Shown here piece after piece: positions 50,648-63,990 of a stretch of 64,000 nucleotides of DNA; position 1 is the first letter of the stretch; each line of letters begins with the position of its first letter. The translations under genes and the position numbers were made by a program. Location: contig NC_043010.1 in the NCBI RefSeq assembly GCF_006345805.1, positions 5,642,001 to 5,706,000 on the forward strand, given 5' to 3'. A model generated the notes under the pieces. It was not told where the DNA came from and did not search any database. It saw nothing but the letters and a program-made list of their open reading frames with translations. Origin of the DNA: Octopus sinensis (taxonomy: Eukaryota).

Positions 50648-50885
50648 CTTTTACTCTTTTACTCTTTTACTCTTTTACTTGTTTCAGTCATTTGACTATG
50701 ACCATGCTGGAGCACCTCCTTTAGTCAAGCAAATCGACCCCAGGACTTATTCTTTGTAAGCCCAGTACTTATTCTATCGGTCTCTTTTGCCGAACTGCTA
50801 AGTAACGGGGACATAAACACACCAGCATCGGTTGTCAAGCAATGTTGGGGAGGAAGGACCAAACACAGACACACAAACACACACA

Positions 50886-50931
<46 letters not shown>

Positions 50932-51088
50932 CATATGACGGGCTTCTTTCAGTTTCCGTCTACCAAATCCACTCACAAGGCTTTCGTCAACCTGAGGCTA
51001 TTGTAGAAGACACTTGTCCAAGGTGCCACACAGTGGGACTGAACCAGAGATTATGTGGTTGTTAAGCAAGCTACTTAACACGCAGCCA
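50648..51088 (-). mobile_element. SINE group B
   Basis: Colinear with the other B copies. Confidence 0.88.
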
Positions 51089-51370
51089 TGTATGTGTATA
51101 TCTTTTCTCAACATATTAATGAAAGATGTAAACCCTTGGCAAGAATATTGATAACCCTATATATTTTAACAAAAATACCTCAAGTGATATCTGTTCCATA
51201 AAAGTTAGGTATATAGTACTTTCTCACTCTTACCATAATAAATTCAATAAACCCTTGATTGGCTTGTCAGAAACCTGCAGTCAATAAAAAGTGTGGCGCA
51301 TATATTGTGTGTGTGTGTATGCATATATGTATATGTATACACACAACACACACACACACCACACACACAT

Positions 51371-51418
<48 letters not shown>

Positions 51419-51906
51419 CATGTGTTTGTATATATAGGCATGTGTGTATGTATATATATGTATGTTTTGCAGATTAAAGGACTTAGAAATCCGAGTGGTT
51501 TCCTCATTCAGCACTCCTGTGAATGCCAGGTAACAGAATGCATAGAAGTGGACAGTTTTCCTTAAAAAAAGTATCCTGTAATATTAAACAATCTTTTAGG
51601 GTGGCGAGCTGGCAAAATCATTACCATACTTAGAGACAGTTCTTCCTACCTTCCAAGTTCAAATGCTGTTAGAGTTGACTTTGTCTTTTATCCTGGGGTT
51701 GAGGAAATCGATTACACCCTTCTCTAAAATGGCCTTGTGCCAAAATTTGAAAAAACTATCACAGATTCATTTATACTCATGATCTGTCTGAATCATGTAC
51801 TGGTGAAATTATTGTGATAAATGTAACAACATCAACTCCATTCTTGGACTTGTGTGTGTGTGTATGTGTGTGTATGCGTGCAGATATATATATATATGTA
51901 TATATA

Positions 51907-52310
51907 CAGGTTGTCGTTGACTTACAACCACAATTGGTTCCTACTAGCTGGTTGTAAGTCGATTTTGTCATAAGTCGGCCTACATAGCTTTCATAAGTCG
52001 GCCTACATAGCTTTCTTTTATATTTTTACATTCTCAGGTAAAGGTCACACACAACATTCTGTATTATACTATTAAAGTGGTGTTAGTTAAAAATTTCAGA
52101 GTCTCAAGCAGTTGTCTTATAAATAAATATGAGGTTGCCACGATGTCTCCATGACAAGATAGTCATCCAACACAGTGGCAATCAATAGCCAAACCTAGGG
52201 AAAATGTTCATTAGCTGACATAATTCATAAACAGGTTAATTTCTAAGAAATTAAATGTCGTAAAGTCGATCGGTCGTAATTCAGATAGGCCATAAGTCAG
52301 TGACGACCTG
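51907..52310. mobile_element. pogo/Tigger-type MITE
   Basis: TIRs CAGGTTGTCGTTGACTTA and TAAGTCAGTGACGACCTG, TA on both sides, short internal tandem duplication near 51969-52015. Confidence 0.8.
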
Positions 52311-53765
52311 TATATATATAATGTATCCTACCTGTTGAAGTTTCATATATATATATATTTGTGCAGCTGAAGATAGCGCTGTATTTAAACTGATGTAATG
52401 ATTGCCTTGTTCAATTGAATGGAGCCACTTGAAATGGTCGTAGTGCATTAGTACTTGATAACCTGTTGCTAATTTTGATATATATATATATCAGTTATAA
52501 TTAAAGTTTAGATTCAAATATGAAATTTTAAAAATTTAAACCATGATTCCAGCAAAGTACATTCACCATTTATGGCTACTTGGCCTCATCTGCAGTAATT
52601 GCCCAATCATCACTGGATCTACTTTAGGAATTCCTCAGGGCATGTTGAGTATAGTAGAAGCAATTGATATGAAAGATAGAATATTCTGGAAACTTTATTT
52701 ATCAGAATGATCAGTTTGACATATCCTACGGCACTCACTCATTCCAATGTTCCCCCACAGTATTTCTGCTTCCCTTCACACCCAAAGTGATACTTCTACA
52801 GTGTGGGGAACTTTAGAATTCATCATATAGTTTCCCCCCACGAGGGAGTGGTGCGGGATAGGTTGAAACCATCATTCTGATAAGTAGTTTCCAGTATTAT
52901 ATCTTCCGAATTCATTGTTTCTACAATGTATATATATGTGTATCTACTATATATGTATGTGTGTGTGTGTTTCTACTATATATATATATATATATATAGG
53001 TATCCCTTTGTGTGTGAACCTATGTGTGTGTATATATATAGAAATAAAAATACATTAAAATTGGACCCAGATATTGTTTTGCACTTCTACACACCACAGT
53101 TTAACTCTCAATTGGAATTAATGTCAAGGTTTTCCAGAAATGTTCCCCTTTACTCTATAAAACTGGGACTAAACACTTGCCTGTAGCCCCTTATTATTTT
53201 GGAGCTATCTATACATATACAATTTGTACTCCAATTCTCTCTTACATCTTTTCATATCTGCAATTGTCAATTGCAGTAAATCCTTATATTTTCTTCTAAG
53301 TGAATGGATTTTATTAACATATAAGCTATTATATTTAGATAATTAAAAGGGTTTTTGAATTGAATTTCATGCTTCATCTTTCACTCATGTTAAATAAGTG
53401 TTCATCTTCTAAAAAGAAAAGCATGGTAACATCATCATCATCAAGGTTTAACATTTACTTTTCCACACTTGCATAGGTTAGAGGGAATTCATTGGAACAG
53501 ATTTCCTACAGTTGGATGCACTTTCTTTTTCCCAGTCTCCATGTTTCCTAGCAAAATAATAATCCTTTTATCAAACAACAGGAAATAAATGACATTGTTT
53601 CAATGAGCCTTTTTGCAAAGATTTCAACTTGTTGAAACATGTCAAGAAGCCCAGACATTCTTCAGCATTTGGCTTCAAGATACTGGCACCATCTGTATAG
53701 ATAGCAATGCTGTTGTGTGTTTACAGTCAGTGAACACATAAAGATGGGGGGTAGTACAAACCCAT

Positions 53766-53995
53766 TTCTTTATTACCCACAAGGGGCTAAACATAGAAGG
53801 GACAAACAAGGACAGACATAGGTATTAAGTCGATTACATCGACCCCAGTGCGTAACTGGTACTTAATTTATCGACCCCGAAAGGATGAAAGGTAAAGTCA
53901 ACCTCGGTGGAATTTGAACTCACAACGTAATGGCAGACGAAATACCACTAAGCATTTAGCCCGACATGCTAACATTTCTACCAGCTCGCCGCCTT
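53766..53995 (-). mobile_element. SINE group C, with 13-bp TSD
   Basis: TAGTACAAACCCA near 53752 and 54000. Confidence 0.9.
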
Positions 53996-54059
53996 GTCAT
54001 AGTACAAACCCACCGATACACATGCAAGCATGCATATAAGCATACCACACACACAAACA

Positions 54060-54100
<41 letters not shown>

Positions 54101-54448
54101 TTATGACAGGTTTCTCCAGTTTCTCCCTATCAATTCCATTCACAACGTATTAGTCAATTTGCAGATATAGTATAAAATGTTGGCCAAAATGTTCCTGTGG
54201 TAAGACCCAATGGTTTCAAAGAAACCTTATGGTTCCAAAGAAATCTTCTTAACCATCTCTCTGCCTATAGCAATGTCTGCATTTACCTCATCTAAAGAAT
54301 AGATAACCTCTTCCAACTATTCAAATATAATCCATTTACCAATATAAGGTGTTGATAAGATATTCATAAAATGTATTAAAATGTATTTCAGATTGCTTTA
54401 GACTGTTGCTCACATATACAAAATATATTACAGCCACACATTCTATAC

Positions 54449-54667
54449 CAGTGGTTTTCAACCAGGGTTCTGCGGAACCTTAGGGTTCCGCCATTACAGT
54501 GCAGGGGTTCCGCAAGAAGTTACAAAACTGCTAAAATTGGCAGTAATTTTTAATTCTCCTGTGCAGATATGTGTGCTTAAGACTATTAAATTATTGCACA
54601 GGGGTTCCTCGAGCCAGTGGAATTTTTCCTTGGGGTTCCGCTCCAGCAAAAAGTTTGAAAAGCACTG
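54449..54667. mobile_element. hAT (Charlie-like) MITE
   Basis: TIRs CAGTGGTTTTCAAC and GTTTGAAAAGCACTG; 8-bp TSD TTCTATAC / TTCTAGAC. Confidence 0.88.
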
Positions 54668-54871
54668 TTCTAGACTATACCCACATTAATTTGACAACAC
54701 ACCGAAACCACTGGTCCACTTACATGGTGCTTCTTCCCTCCCATCTTAATCATAACAGTTGCCTCCATTCCTCTGAATTAGAAATTTGCATACCACCCCC
54801 ATTCAGGCCTACCTGATACTCACACCTTCCTCTTTATCTCATTTTATCTCTCCTCTCAAACTCTTCTTTAA

Positions 54872-55091
54872 CCCTTTCATTACCAACCCAGCTGAAACTG
54901 GCTCTGGCTCTGAGTACAAATGTCTTGTTTTCATAAGTTTTTAATCAAAATCTTCCATCAAACTTTAGTCACAATTTATGTTCCTAACACTAGCTGAATG
55001 ATAACTAAATTATTTTACTAAATTCTTTGTTATATTTAAAGTAATTGAAAGAAATACAGAGCATCTCAAAATAAATACAGTAACGAAAGGG
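54872..55091. mobile_element. piggyBac-type MITE
   Basis: TTAA-CCCTTTCATTAC ... GTAACGAAAGGG-TTAA. Confidence 0.82.
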
Positions 55092-55632
55092 TTAAATATT
55101 TTTCCTAATCATTCTGCTTCAAAACTACAGCACTTCAAGAACCCTCTCTCTGTCTGTACTTTTTCTACAGCCATTCTCAAAAGGAAACCAAAAAGTAGTT
55201 TTATTTTTATTATCATTAATTAATATTTTATTTTACAGATGATTCGTTTGACTATAAAACTATAGTTAAAAGAAGATTCCATTTAAATATCTTAATACTT
55301 GTCATATTTATGTAAGTATAAAGACAAAATGATAAAACTAAGCACTTCAAATTCTTCTTCCAATAGTTTGCATGAAATTTTTTAATTCTAATACAAATTC
55401 ATGTTCAACAAACAACTTTTCCCATTTCACTTAAACATAAGAAATATCTACAAAGCACCTCATATCATATTCAATCTGAGGAAATAACTGCTTTTCCTTC
55501 TATTGCTAAAAGCCATTTATTCTGAAATTCAACACTGTTTTAGTCAAAGCTAATGGTTGAAAGGACGCAGTTCAAAGTAGTTCTCTCCTTGGATATCCTT
55601 ATTTATAGAAGTAAACTTGCTATTTCACTTAC

Positions 55633-55675
55633 TTTATATGGCCATTAAGTGCAGTTATGATTCGGTTTCTTTTCA
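55633..55675 (-). CDS. Candidate small exon
   Basis: Acceptor CATCTTTCTAG, donor GTAAGTG, one open frame KRNRIITALNGHI. Confidence 0.2.
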
Positions 55676-56359
55676 CTAGAAAGATGTTATGATTGGTATA
55701 GCAATTAGAAAGCAAATATGATTAAGGAACGTAAACCAAGAAAAACTGGATCAATAAATTATTAAATTTAAAATCAAACAAGTTTCTTAAGATCAGAAAT
55801 CCAGTTAGTGTTTAAGAAATCAGTTGCAACTATACAATAACACAGTTTTCTTACAAAAATTTTAGCTTTTAAGTGTTTAAGCATTCATGTTATTACACTA
55901 AGCCAAAATTATCAAACACCATAATTAATTTCTAAATAATTGCTTGATATGCAATAATAGCTTTTTTTTTGGTATCACAAGAGCAAATTTATTGTTCCCA
56001 AATCAAGAGAAGATCTTTGTCAAAGAAAAACAAAAATCAAGAAAGAAAGAAGAAAAAAAAGAAAGAAAAAGATTTTCATTGTCAAAAAGATTCAACTCTG
56101 TGGATTTCATCTTCAGACAATATTATCGTGAAGATTTATGTCAGAGTTGGATAAAATTTGCGTGGGGTGATTTCTGAATGCACAAAGATTACCATGCAGC
56201 ACATGTTGGAGACCCTGAGAAGGTCATTGCTGGCATTTATCCACAGTGATTTAAAAAATTACGGAGATGTACTTGCATAGCAAGTGACTTGATCTGAGTT
56301 TGATCTATGAAACATAATCAATTTTTAATTTTAGAAATTCATAGCAGAAGATATCGTCA

Positions 56360-56570
56360 CATATGCCTCAGTCATTTGACTGCAGCCATGCTGGGGGACT
56401 GCCTTGAAGGGTTTTAGTCGAACAAATCGACCCCAGGACTTAATTTTCTTAAGCATAGTATTTATTCTACCAGTTTCTTTGCCAAACCACTAAGTAATGG
56501 GGATGTAAACACACCAACAATGGTTGTCAAATGGTAGTGGAGGAAAAACACAGGAAAAAAGATGCACACA
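56360..56570 (-). mobile_element. SINE B-like 3' half
   Basis: CAGTCATTTGACTGCAGCCATGCTGG...GTAAACACACCAACA. Confidence 0.75.
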
Positions 56571-56762
56571 CATACATATATACATACATACATAAACAGA
56601 TGTGTATATTTTGGCCTTGTTAACAATTAACATGGAAAAAATATATAAATAGTTACCAGGGTAGCAAAAAACCACACAATTTGAATAACACCTGCATTTA
56701 ATTCCATTTATTTATTTATACATACATATATATGTAATAATAATAAATAATATATATGTGTA

Positions 56763-56798
<36 letters not shown>

Positions 56799-56950
56799 CA
56801 AAATTAAGAGGAATGACCACTGAAGTGGACACCTAATATGCTAAACATAGATGTCAAATTGCGCTTACCATGAAGCATGAGTTCTCAAGAAAAATCTCAG
56901 CAAAACACCAAAATTATATAGATATATATACACACAAATGAAAAGAAATG
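56799..56950 (-). mobile_element. Fragment of the 33980 palindrome family
   Basis: GACCACT.AAGTGGACA...GTTCTCAAGAAAAA.CTCAGCAAAA matches 33996-34095. Confidence 0.7.
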
Positions 56951-57124
56951 AATGTGTGCATGCGTGTGTATGTGTGTGCGTGTGTGTGTGTGTGTATTTG
57001 CTGTTCACTGATAAGACTTAGTGCTGCATTACTTTTGTGAAGTTTTGTCAGTAAACAACGTCATGGTTTCAAAATGAAGAATATATTTTGACACAAATGA
57101 AATTTTAATGTTGAAACAAAACTC

Positions 57125-57315
57125 GTACTATTTAAATACAGAGGTCTCTTAATGCTAATACTTAAAAACAGAGGTACTCCTTAAATACAGGTGTTATGTA
57201 CAAAATATTTTAAATGTACACTGTGTGGATGTGTAATGACACCCTAACCCTAAAACCAACCTTCCCCTTCATATTGTTACGTAGATGCATCGGGACCTCT
57301 GTATTTAAATAGTGC
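57125..57315. mobile_element. Small MITE-like element with 22-bp TIRs
   Basis: GTACTATTTAAATACAGAGGTC and GACCTCTGTATTTAAATAGTGC; internal CCCTAACCCTAA; no clear TSD. Confidence 0.7.
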
Positions 57316-58632
57316 CTTGAAACTAATGGCTTCTGTGTGTTCTTGAATGGCTTCCAAATATCCACGCTGCAATTGTTTTTGTTTCAGCACACGAACTCAG
57401 ATCAAGTCACTTGCTATGCAAGTACATCTCCGTAATTTTTAAAATCACTGTGGATAAATGCCAGCAATGACCTTCTCAGGGTCTCCAATATTTTTATTTC
57501 TAAACAGAAACAATTGGGGGCAAGGAGTGGGGTTGCAAAAAATTCCTAATTTCTCAAATTTTCTTTTTTATAGCATATTTTATCATAAGAGATAAATGTA
57601 TTTATGGGGGGAAAATAGTGAAAAACATCAATACATATGAGAGTGATAAAGAAACAAGTTGGGTTGACTTTGGATATACTGCAAGCAACAGCCAAATCGC
57701 CCTTAAATCAATCACTTTCCCCTCTGAAAATATTAGCAATTTAAAAAAATTTTTTTTACTGAAAATGCTCTTTCCATGGTTTTGAAGTGCAAAATATTGG
57801 CCAAAATAGGTTCAGAGTGGGACGATGAGGGAAGGGTTTTAAAAAAAAGAGTTTACAAAACTTTTTTCATACAAAGATGCCCCCACCCACCCATCATTTC
57901 GAAGACTGTAGTTTAAAGAAAATGAAGAAAATCCCTAAAATAATTTTCCCCGCAAATTTCTTTATAACCATAATATATGCCGTTTGAAAGGGATTTGTAT
58001 AAATTTTCATTAAAAGATACACATCTTTCTGAAAGTTATGAGGGGAAAATATCAGATCGTGTGAATTTTCCAAAACTCCGCTCTCCAGCCCTCTGGAAAA
58101 ATTTTTTCTCATAAATCCCTATATGCTCTGAAGCCACAACAATGGAAGTAATACCTACTAAGCAAGTGAGCACTATTATACAAAGAAATAATTAGATGTA
58201 AAATATAGAAATTATTAGAAATGGGAATCAAATGTGAAAATATTATCAAGGGGCTAGCAGAAAACTGCCTGGAGGGCAGTCTTTCTGCTAGTATATATAA
58301 TTACATGAAAGTGTTACAATTACATTCCCTCTACCTTACTCCATTCTCTTCCACTTTTTCTCTCTCACACTTTTTCCCTCCACTTCTAATCATATATGAA
58401 AGTGCTACTGAGGGACAACGGCAAGGAAATTTATTATAAGATTGTTTTTAATATTATCTGGCTGTTTCCTATAAACTAGCCAAATATTTATTACTGGACA
58501 CTAAAGAAATGAAGACAGATCAAACTAAACTGTGTTCGTTAATAACTGTTTAGGAGATAAATTTCACATTGTTTAACACTGAATCTAATACATCTTAAAT
58601 TAAGCATCCTATTTATAAATCCACAACATACA

Positions 58633-58653
58633 GTAGTAGTAGTAGTAGTAGTG

Positions 58654-58713
<60 letters not shown>

Positions 58714-58729
58714 TTGGTGGTGGTGGTAT

Positions 58730-58788
<59 letters not shown>

Positions 58789-58810
58789 ATAGTAGTAGTA
58801 GTAGTAGTAC

Positions 58811-58841
<31 letters not shown>

Positions 58842-58914
58842 GGTGGTAATAGTAGTAGTAGTAGTAGTACTAGTTGTGGTGGTGGTGGTGGTGGTGTCGG
58901 CGGCGGTGGTGGTT

Positions 58915-58958
<44 letters not shown>

Positions 58959-59039
58959 GGTGGTGGTGGTGGTGGTGGTGGTGGTGGTGGTGGTGGTAAT
59001 AGTAGTAGTAGTAGTAGTAGTAGTGGTCGTGGTGGTGGT
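58633..59039. repeat. (GTA)n/(GTG)n compound microsatellite
   Basis: Directly visible. Confidence 0.96.
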
Positions 59040-59869
59040 TTAGCCCCAGGTTAGCCATCATCAGACACGCATGTGTATGAGAAAAGCAGTCCCAGCTTTG
59101 AACGTGCCACATTTTTGCCCATTCGGAACTGTATTTTCCAGTATGTCCCATTTTAAGATGGTCGCATGCAATAAGAGGAAGCATGACTGTTATGTTTAGC
59201 AGGTTGAATGACCACATAGGGACTGATTTTGTTGGCTTGTTGCAACTGTTAGTTGTCACTGAATCTATAAAATAAGGTCCTAAACTTACCCCAACCTGCA
59301 CCCAAAGAAATGCATAATTACAAAGTTGCAAACATCTGTAAACTCAAATAAACCTTTTCACAGTTAGGGATGGGAAATTGGCAGAGATTTTAGAGTTGGA
59401 TAGTCTTTGCAGTGTTTATTCTTAATCTTGGTATTCTGAGTTCGAATCCCATTGAGTCCAATGTTATCTTTCATGCTTTTGAGGCTAATACTAATGTACT
59501 AATCCAGGGAGATGGATTGGCAGGGCTGTAAAAACATTGAATATGATGCCTTGTGGTATTTGTTCAGGCTCTTTGCACTCTGAGTTCAATTCCTGTCGTA
59601 GCCAACTGGGTGGTAGATGCAGTCCGTCTCCTGGGTTAACACCACCATTTGACAGCTTGAGTGTGCCTCTAGCAGAGCATATTCTGTTCGTTGCATGCAT
59701 TCAGAGCAGTTCTCTGGTTTGAGGATACATTCCTCACTTGCTCTGACCAGTCTCAGAGGCCCTTCGAAAGGTCAGTGACACTATTTCCCTTCCTGACTAA
59801 AAAGTACAAACAAAAAGAAAAGATACAGATTTCAAGTTTTGGAATGAGGCCAGCCATTTCAGGGGAGTG

Positions 59870-60280
59870 GGTATGTCAATTACATTGACCCCATCACACA
59901 ACTGGTATTTATTTTACATGGTGGTGAGCTGGCAGAAACGTTAGCATGTCGGGCAAAATGCGTAGCCATATTTCGTCTGCCGTTACGTTCTGAGTTCAAA
60001 TTCCGACTTTGCCTTTCATCCTTTCGGGGTCGATAAATAAGTACCAGTTACGCACTGGGGTCGATATAATCGACTTAATCTGTTTATCTGTCCTTGTTTG
60101 TCTCCTCTGTGTTTAGCCCCTTGTGGGTAGTAAAGAAATAGGTATTTATTTTACCAACCCCCAAAAAGGATAAAAGGCAAAGTGAACTTTGACAGGATTT
60201 GAACTCAGAATGTAAATACAGACAAAACACTGCTAAGCATTTTTATACAGCATGTTAATGATTCTGCCAGCCCACTGCCT
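59870..60280 (-). mobile_element. Old SINE C-like host copy split by a younger SINE C
   Basis: Halves at 59870-59917 and 60141-60280. Confidence 0.75.
59918..60140 (+). mobile_element. SINE group C, with 14-bp TSD
   Basis: GGTATTTATTTTAC at 59904-59917 and 60141-60154. Confidence 0.9.
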
Positions 60281-61174
60281 TCATGCTTATGTATATATAT
60301 TAGAATATACATATATATATTTTAGGGTCATGGACATTATTTCCCTTCCTGGCTAAAATGTAAAAAAAAAAAACAAGAGAAAAAGAAAAGAAGGAAACAG
60401 TGTGTACTCATATTGTCAATAAATAAATTTAAAATAAAAGAAACTGCCATCATAGGTGAACAAATATGGACTAAATTTAGAGTATAATGTTGGCTGCTTA
60501 ATGCTTTCACATCACTAGTTTCAAATTGAAAAGATTGGAACATGGATCTTTAGAGCATCTGTTATACTTACAAGAAATTGCTAAACACTTGTTACTTTTA
60601 TTGACACTTGAAATTTTGCATATAGAATATATTTGCTGTTTTTAGACCCTTTGATGTATTTATCACCTATAAATCATGTGAATGCTTATATAAGCAAGGT
60701 TTTCTGATTAGTATTCCACTGAAGTAAATGGAGCAGATTTTTATTTATGAAAGTTATGCATCTTGAAAACAGCAATTTTATTCCCATTTACTCACCCAAC
60801 CATTTCCAATGAAACAACCAAATTGTTTAGTTTCACCATCTAGTTATCTTGTTTTTGTTTTTTTTTAGTATTATACTACCTAAAATTACATAAATCATAC
60901 ATAATATTTTTTTTACTCAATTAAATCTTGTTGCAATTCACATAGGTAGCATAATTTTACTTTATTGTCCCACCAAAAGGATAAAAGGAGGAGCTGACTT
61001 CAGTAGGATTTGAACTCTGAAGATAAAGACTTAGAATAAATATTGTGAGACATTTTTCTGACACAATTTATTTGGCCAGCAACACCAGTAGAACTACTAC
61101 CATCAGCACCAACACAACCACCAACAACAGCAACAAAAATAACATCCACAATAATATTAAAACTAAACTATATA

Positions 61175-61575
61175 GGTGCAGGAGTGGCTGTGTGGTAAGT
61201 AGCTTGTCTACCAACCACATGGTTCCGGGTTCAGTCCCACTGCGTGGCAGCTTGGGCAAGTGTCTTCTACTATAGCCTCGGGCCGACCAATGCCTTGTGA
61301 GTGGATTTGGTAGATGGAAACTGAAAGAAGCCCGTCGTATATATGTATATATATATGCATGTGTGTGTTTGTGTGTCTGTGTTTGTCCCCCTAGCATTGC
61401 TTGACAACCGATGCTGGTGTGTTTATGTCCCCATTACTTAGCGGTTCAGCAAAAGAGACCGATAGAATAAGTACTGGGCTTACAAAAGAATAAGTCTTGT
61501 GGTCGATTTGTTCAACTAAAGGCAGTGCTCCAGCATGACTGAAACAAGTAAAAGAGTAAAAGAGTAAAGAGAGTA
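61175..61575 (+). mobile_element. SINE group B, full length
   Basis: Colinear with the other B copies. Confidence 0.9.
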
Positions 61576-62074
61576 TAAAAGACAGTGATAAAAACAAACC
61601 CGTTATATATACGCATAATGCACAGTTCTCACTTACTGTATAAAAAGACTACAAATCTATACAAATTTATACAATAAATCTTTTACAAAATATTATCAAG
61701 GAAGTTTTGCAGATATTCCTCACTAATACACACCAAAATCTGGCAATTATTTACATTCAAGTTAACAACTAACCCACATAAAGTCTGACTTTTATATCTA
61801 GCGAGAAGAATATTCTCTTAAGAAACCTTTCAAGTATTTGAAACCTAATTTCTTTCCCTGAAGACAAAAACTACACAGTGCTCCATCCGCCAAACAGTCA
61901 AATCTGTTATATTTGCATGAAATCTTAAAACCCATCACTTTATTCAGTTACATGATATTACTTTATTGCACTGTTGGGATGCAAATACATTTCGTTTTTT
62001 TTTTTTTTACTTTTTGCTATTCTTTTTAGAAATATGAATATATATATGTATGTTACACAAGCTCTCTCTCACTC

Positions 62075-62109
<35 letters not shown>

Positions 62110-62339
62110 CTCTCATTCTCTCTTTCTCAGACACACACAGAGAAAAGTTTCATATATATATATATGTGCGTGTATGTATGTATTTATATATGTGTGTGTA
62201 TAAATGTGTAGATATATATATATATATACAGGCAAACACACATAATATAAACAAACACATATATGCATACATACACATATATATGTGTGTGTGTACACGT
62301 ATATATGTGTACATATATATACGTACACATATATGTGTA

Positions 62340-63211
62340 CATATATATATATACACACACACATTTATATGTATATATATACATATTTACATATATATAT
62401 ATATTTATAGTTATATATAAAAGTATATATATATATATATATGTATATATTTGCACCCTCTCACACACACACACACACACACACAAATATTCATATATAT
62501 TTAGGTTTGTGTTTATGCAAGTATACATATTATCACTCTATCAATATTGTTTGATTTTTCCAAACAGTTCTTGTTATTCCACATATTTAGAAGATGGTTG
62601 CATTATTCCCTCAGCTTTCCCCAAGACTTTTTCTTGGCTTCCATCATTAGAGCGACTATGGAAAAAAAAAAATCTTGAATTGCTTCACAGACTTCAGGGA
62701 TAGAATGGAACATTTTGTTAGAGATATTTCTGTGTAATGTGAACAGGAAGGAAGACGCTCGTGCTAGCATGAGGATATTATATACATGGGTACAAATAGT
62801 AGGACACTTATATAAATGTAAAAATATATTCACAGAATACAAGCACACACACACATACACACACACATATATATGTGTACGTATGAATGTATGCATGTGA
62901 ATGTGTATGTGTATATGTATGTATGTGTATATTTGTATGTATATATGTACATGTATATGTATGCATTTGTATATATATGTATGTACATGTATATGTATGT
63001 ATGTATATGTTTATGTATATATATATAGATTTTTATATATATATGTGTGCATATATATATATTTGTATATGTATGCATATATATATATATTTGTATATAT
63101 TTATGTGTGTGTGTATATTTATATGTATGTATATGCATGTATATATATATTTGTTTATATATGTGTGTGTATATATATATATTTGTATATGTATATGTAT
63201 ATATGTATCTG

Positions 63212-63242
<31 letters not shown>

Positions 63243-63293
63243 ATGTATATATATATATATATGCATGTATATATATATATGTATATGTATATA

Positions 63294-63327
<34 letters not shown>

Positions 63328-63990
63328 CATATACACATGCATACATATATCCATATATTTTTTCTGTGTCCTTATCCATATCTCTCTTTTCCTCTCTCCC
63401 TCTCTCTCTCTTTCTCTCACACATATATATATATACACACACACATTTATATGTATATATATATATATACATATTTACATATATATATATATATATAATA
63501 TATATATATATATATGTATATATTTGCACCCTCTCACACACACACACACACACACACAAATATTCATATATATTTAGGTTTGTGTTTATGCAAGTATACA
63601 TATTATCACTCTATCAATATTGTTTGATTTTTCCAAACAGTTCTTGTTATTCCACATATTTAGAAGATGGTTGCATTATTCCCTCAGCTTTCCCCAAGAC
63701 TTTTTCTTGGCTTCCATCATTAGAGCGACTATGGAAAAAAAAAATCTTGAATTGCTTCACAGACTTCAGGGATAGAATGGAACATTTTGTTAGAGATATT
63801 TCTGTGTAATGTGAACAGGAAGGAAGACGCTCGTGCTAGCATGAGGATATTATATACATGGGTACAAATAGTAGGACACTTATATAAATGTAAAAATATA
63901 TTCACAGAATACAAGCACACACACACATACACACACACATATATATGTGTACGTATGAATGTATGCATGTGAATGTGTATGTGTATAATG
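62340..63990. repeat. Tandem duplication, period 1072-1073 bp, embedded in TA/TG arrays
   Basis: Unique block 62500-62850 recurs at 63573-63922, differing by one A in a homopolymer. Confidence 0.92.

Larger units (their letters stand above)
56206..57488. repeat. 95-bp inverted repeat pair about 1.1 kb apart
   Basis: 56206-56300 versus 57394-57488, one mismatch seen. Confidence 0.9.

Noticed and set aside
52361-52447. Hammerhead-like CTGAAGA...GAAAT-GGTC-GTA-GTGCA
   Set aside because: Spacing is suggestive, but stem II does not close and stem I mismatches next to the core; at most a dead relic.
52823-52920. Possible minus-strand terminal exon TMNSEDIILETTYQNDGFNLSRTTPSWGETI*
   Set aside because: Acceptor sits in a TA/TG microsatellite with no pyrimidine tract, and this frame does not match the phase of the 55633 candidate.
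79-61250. tRNA-like A and B boxes
   Set aside because: They are SINE heads followed by SINE bodies and TSDs; no complete cloverleaf tRNA gene was seen.
2223-61397. Recurrent short ORFs such as MSSNARGTNTDTQT, MLGGQTQTH and RRASFSFRLPNPLTR
   Set aside because: All lie inside SINE B copies and vary in frame and length with the internal microsatellite.
21190-63809. Long ORFs of poly-HT, poly-YI, poly-VC, poly-I, poly-M, poly-S, poly-V, poly-N and poly-E
   Set aside because: They are translations of microsatellites that lack stop codons; no coding signal.
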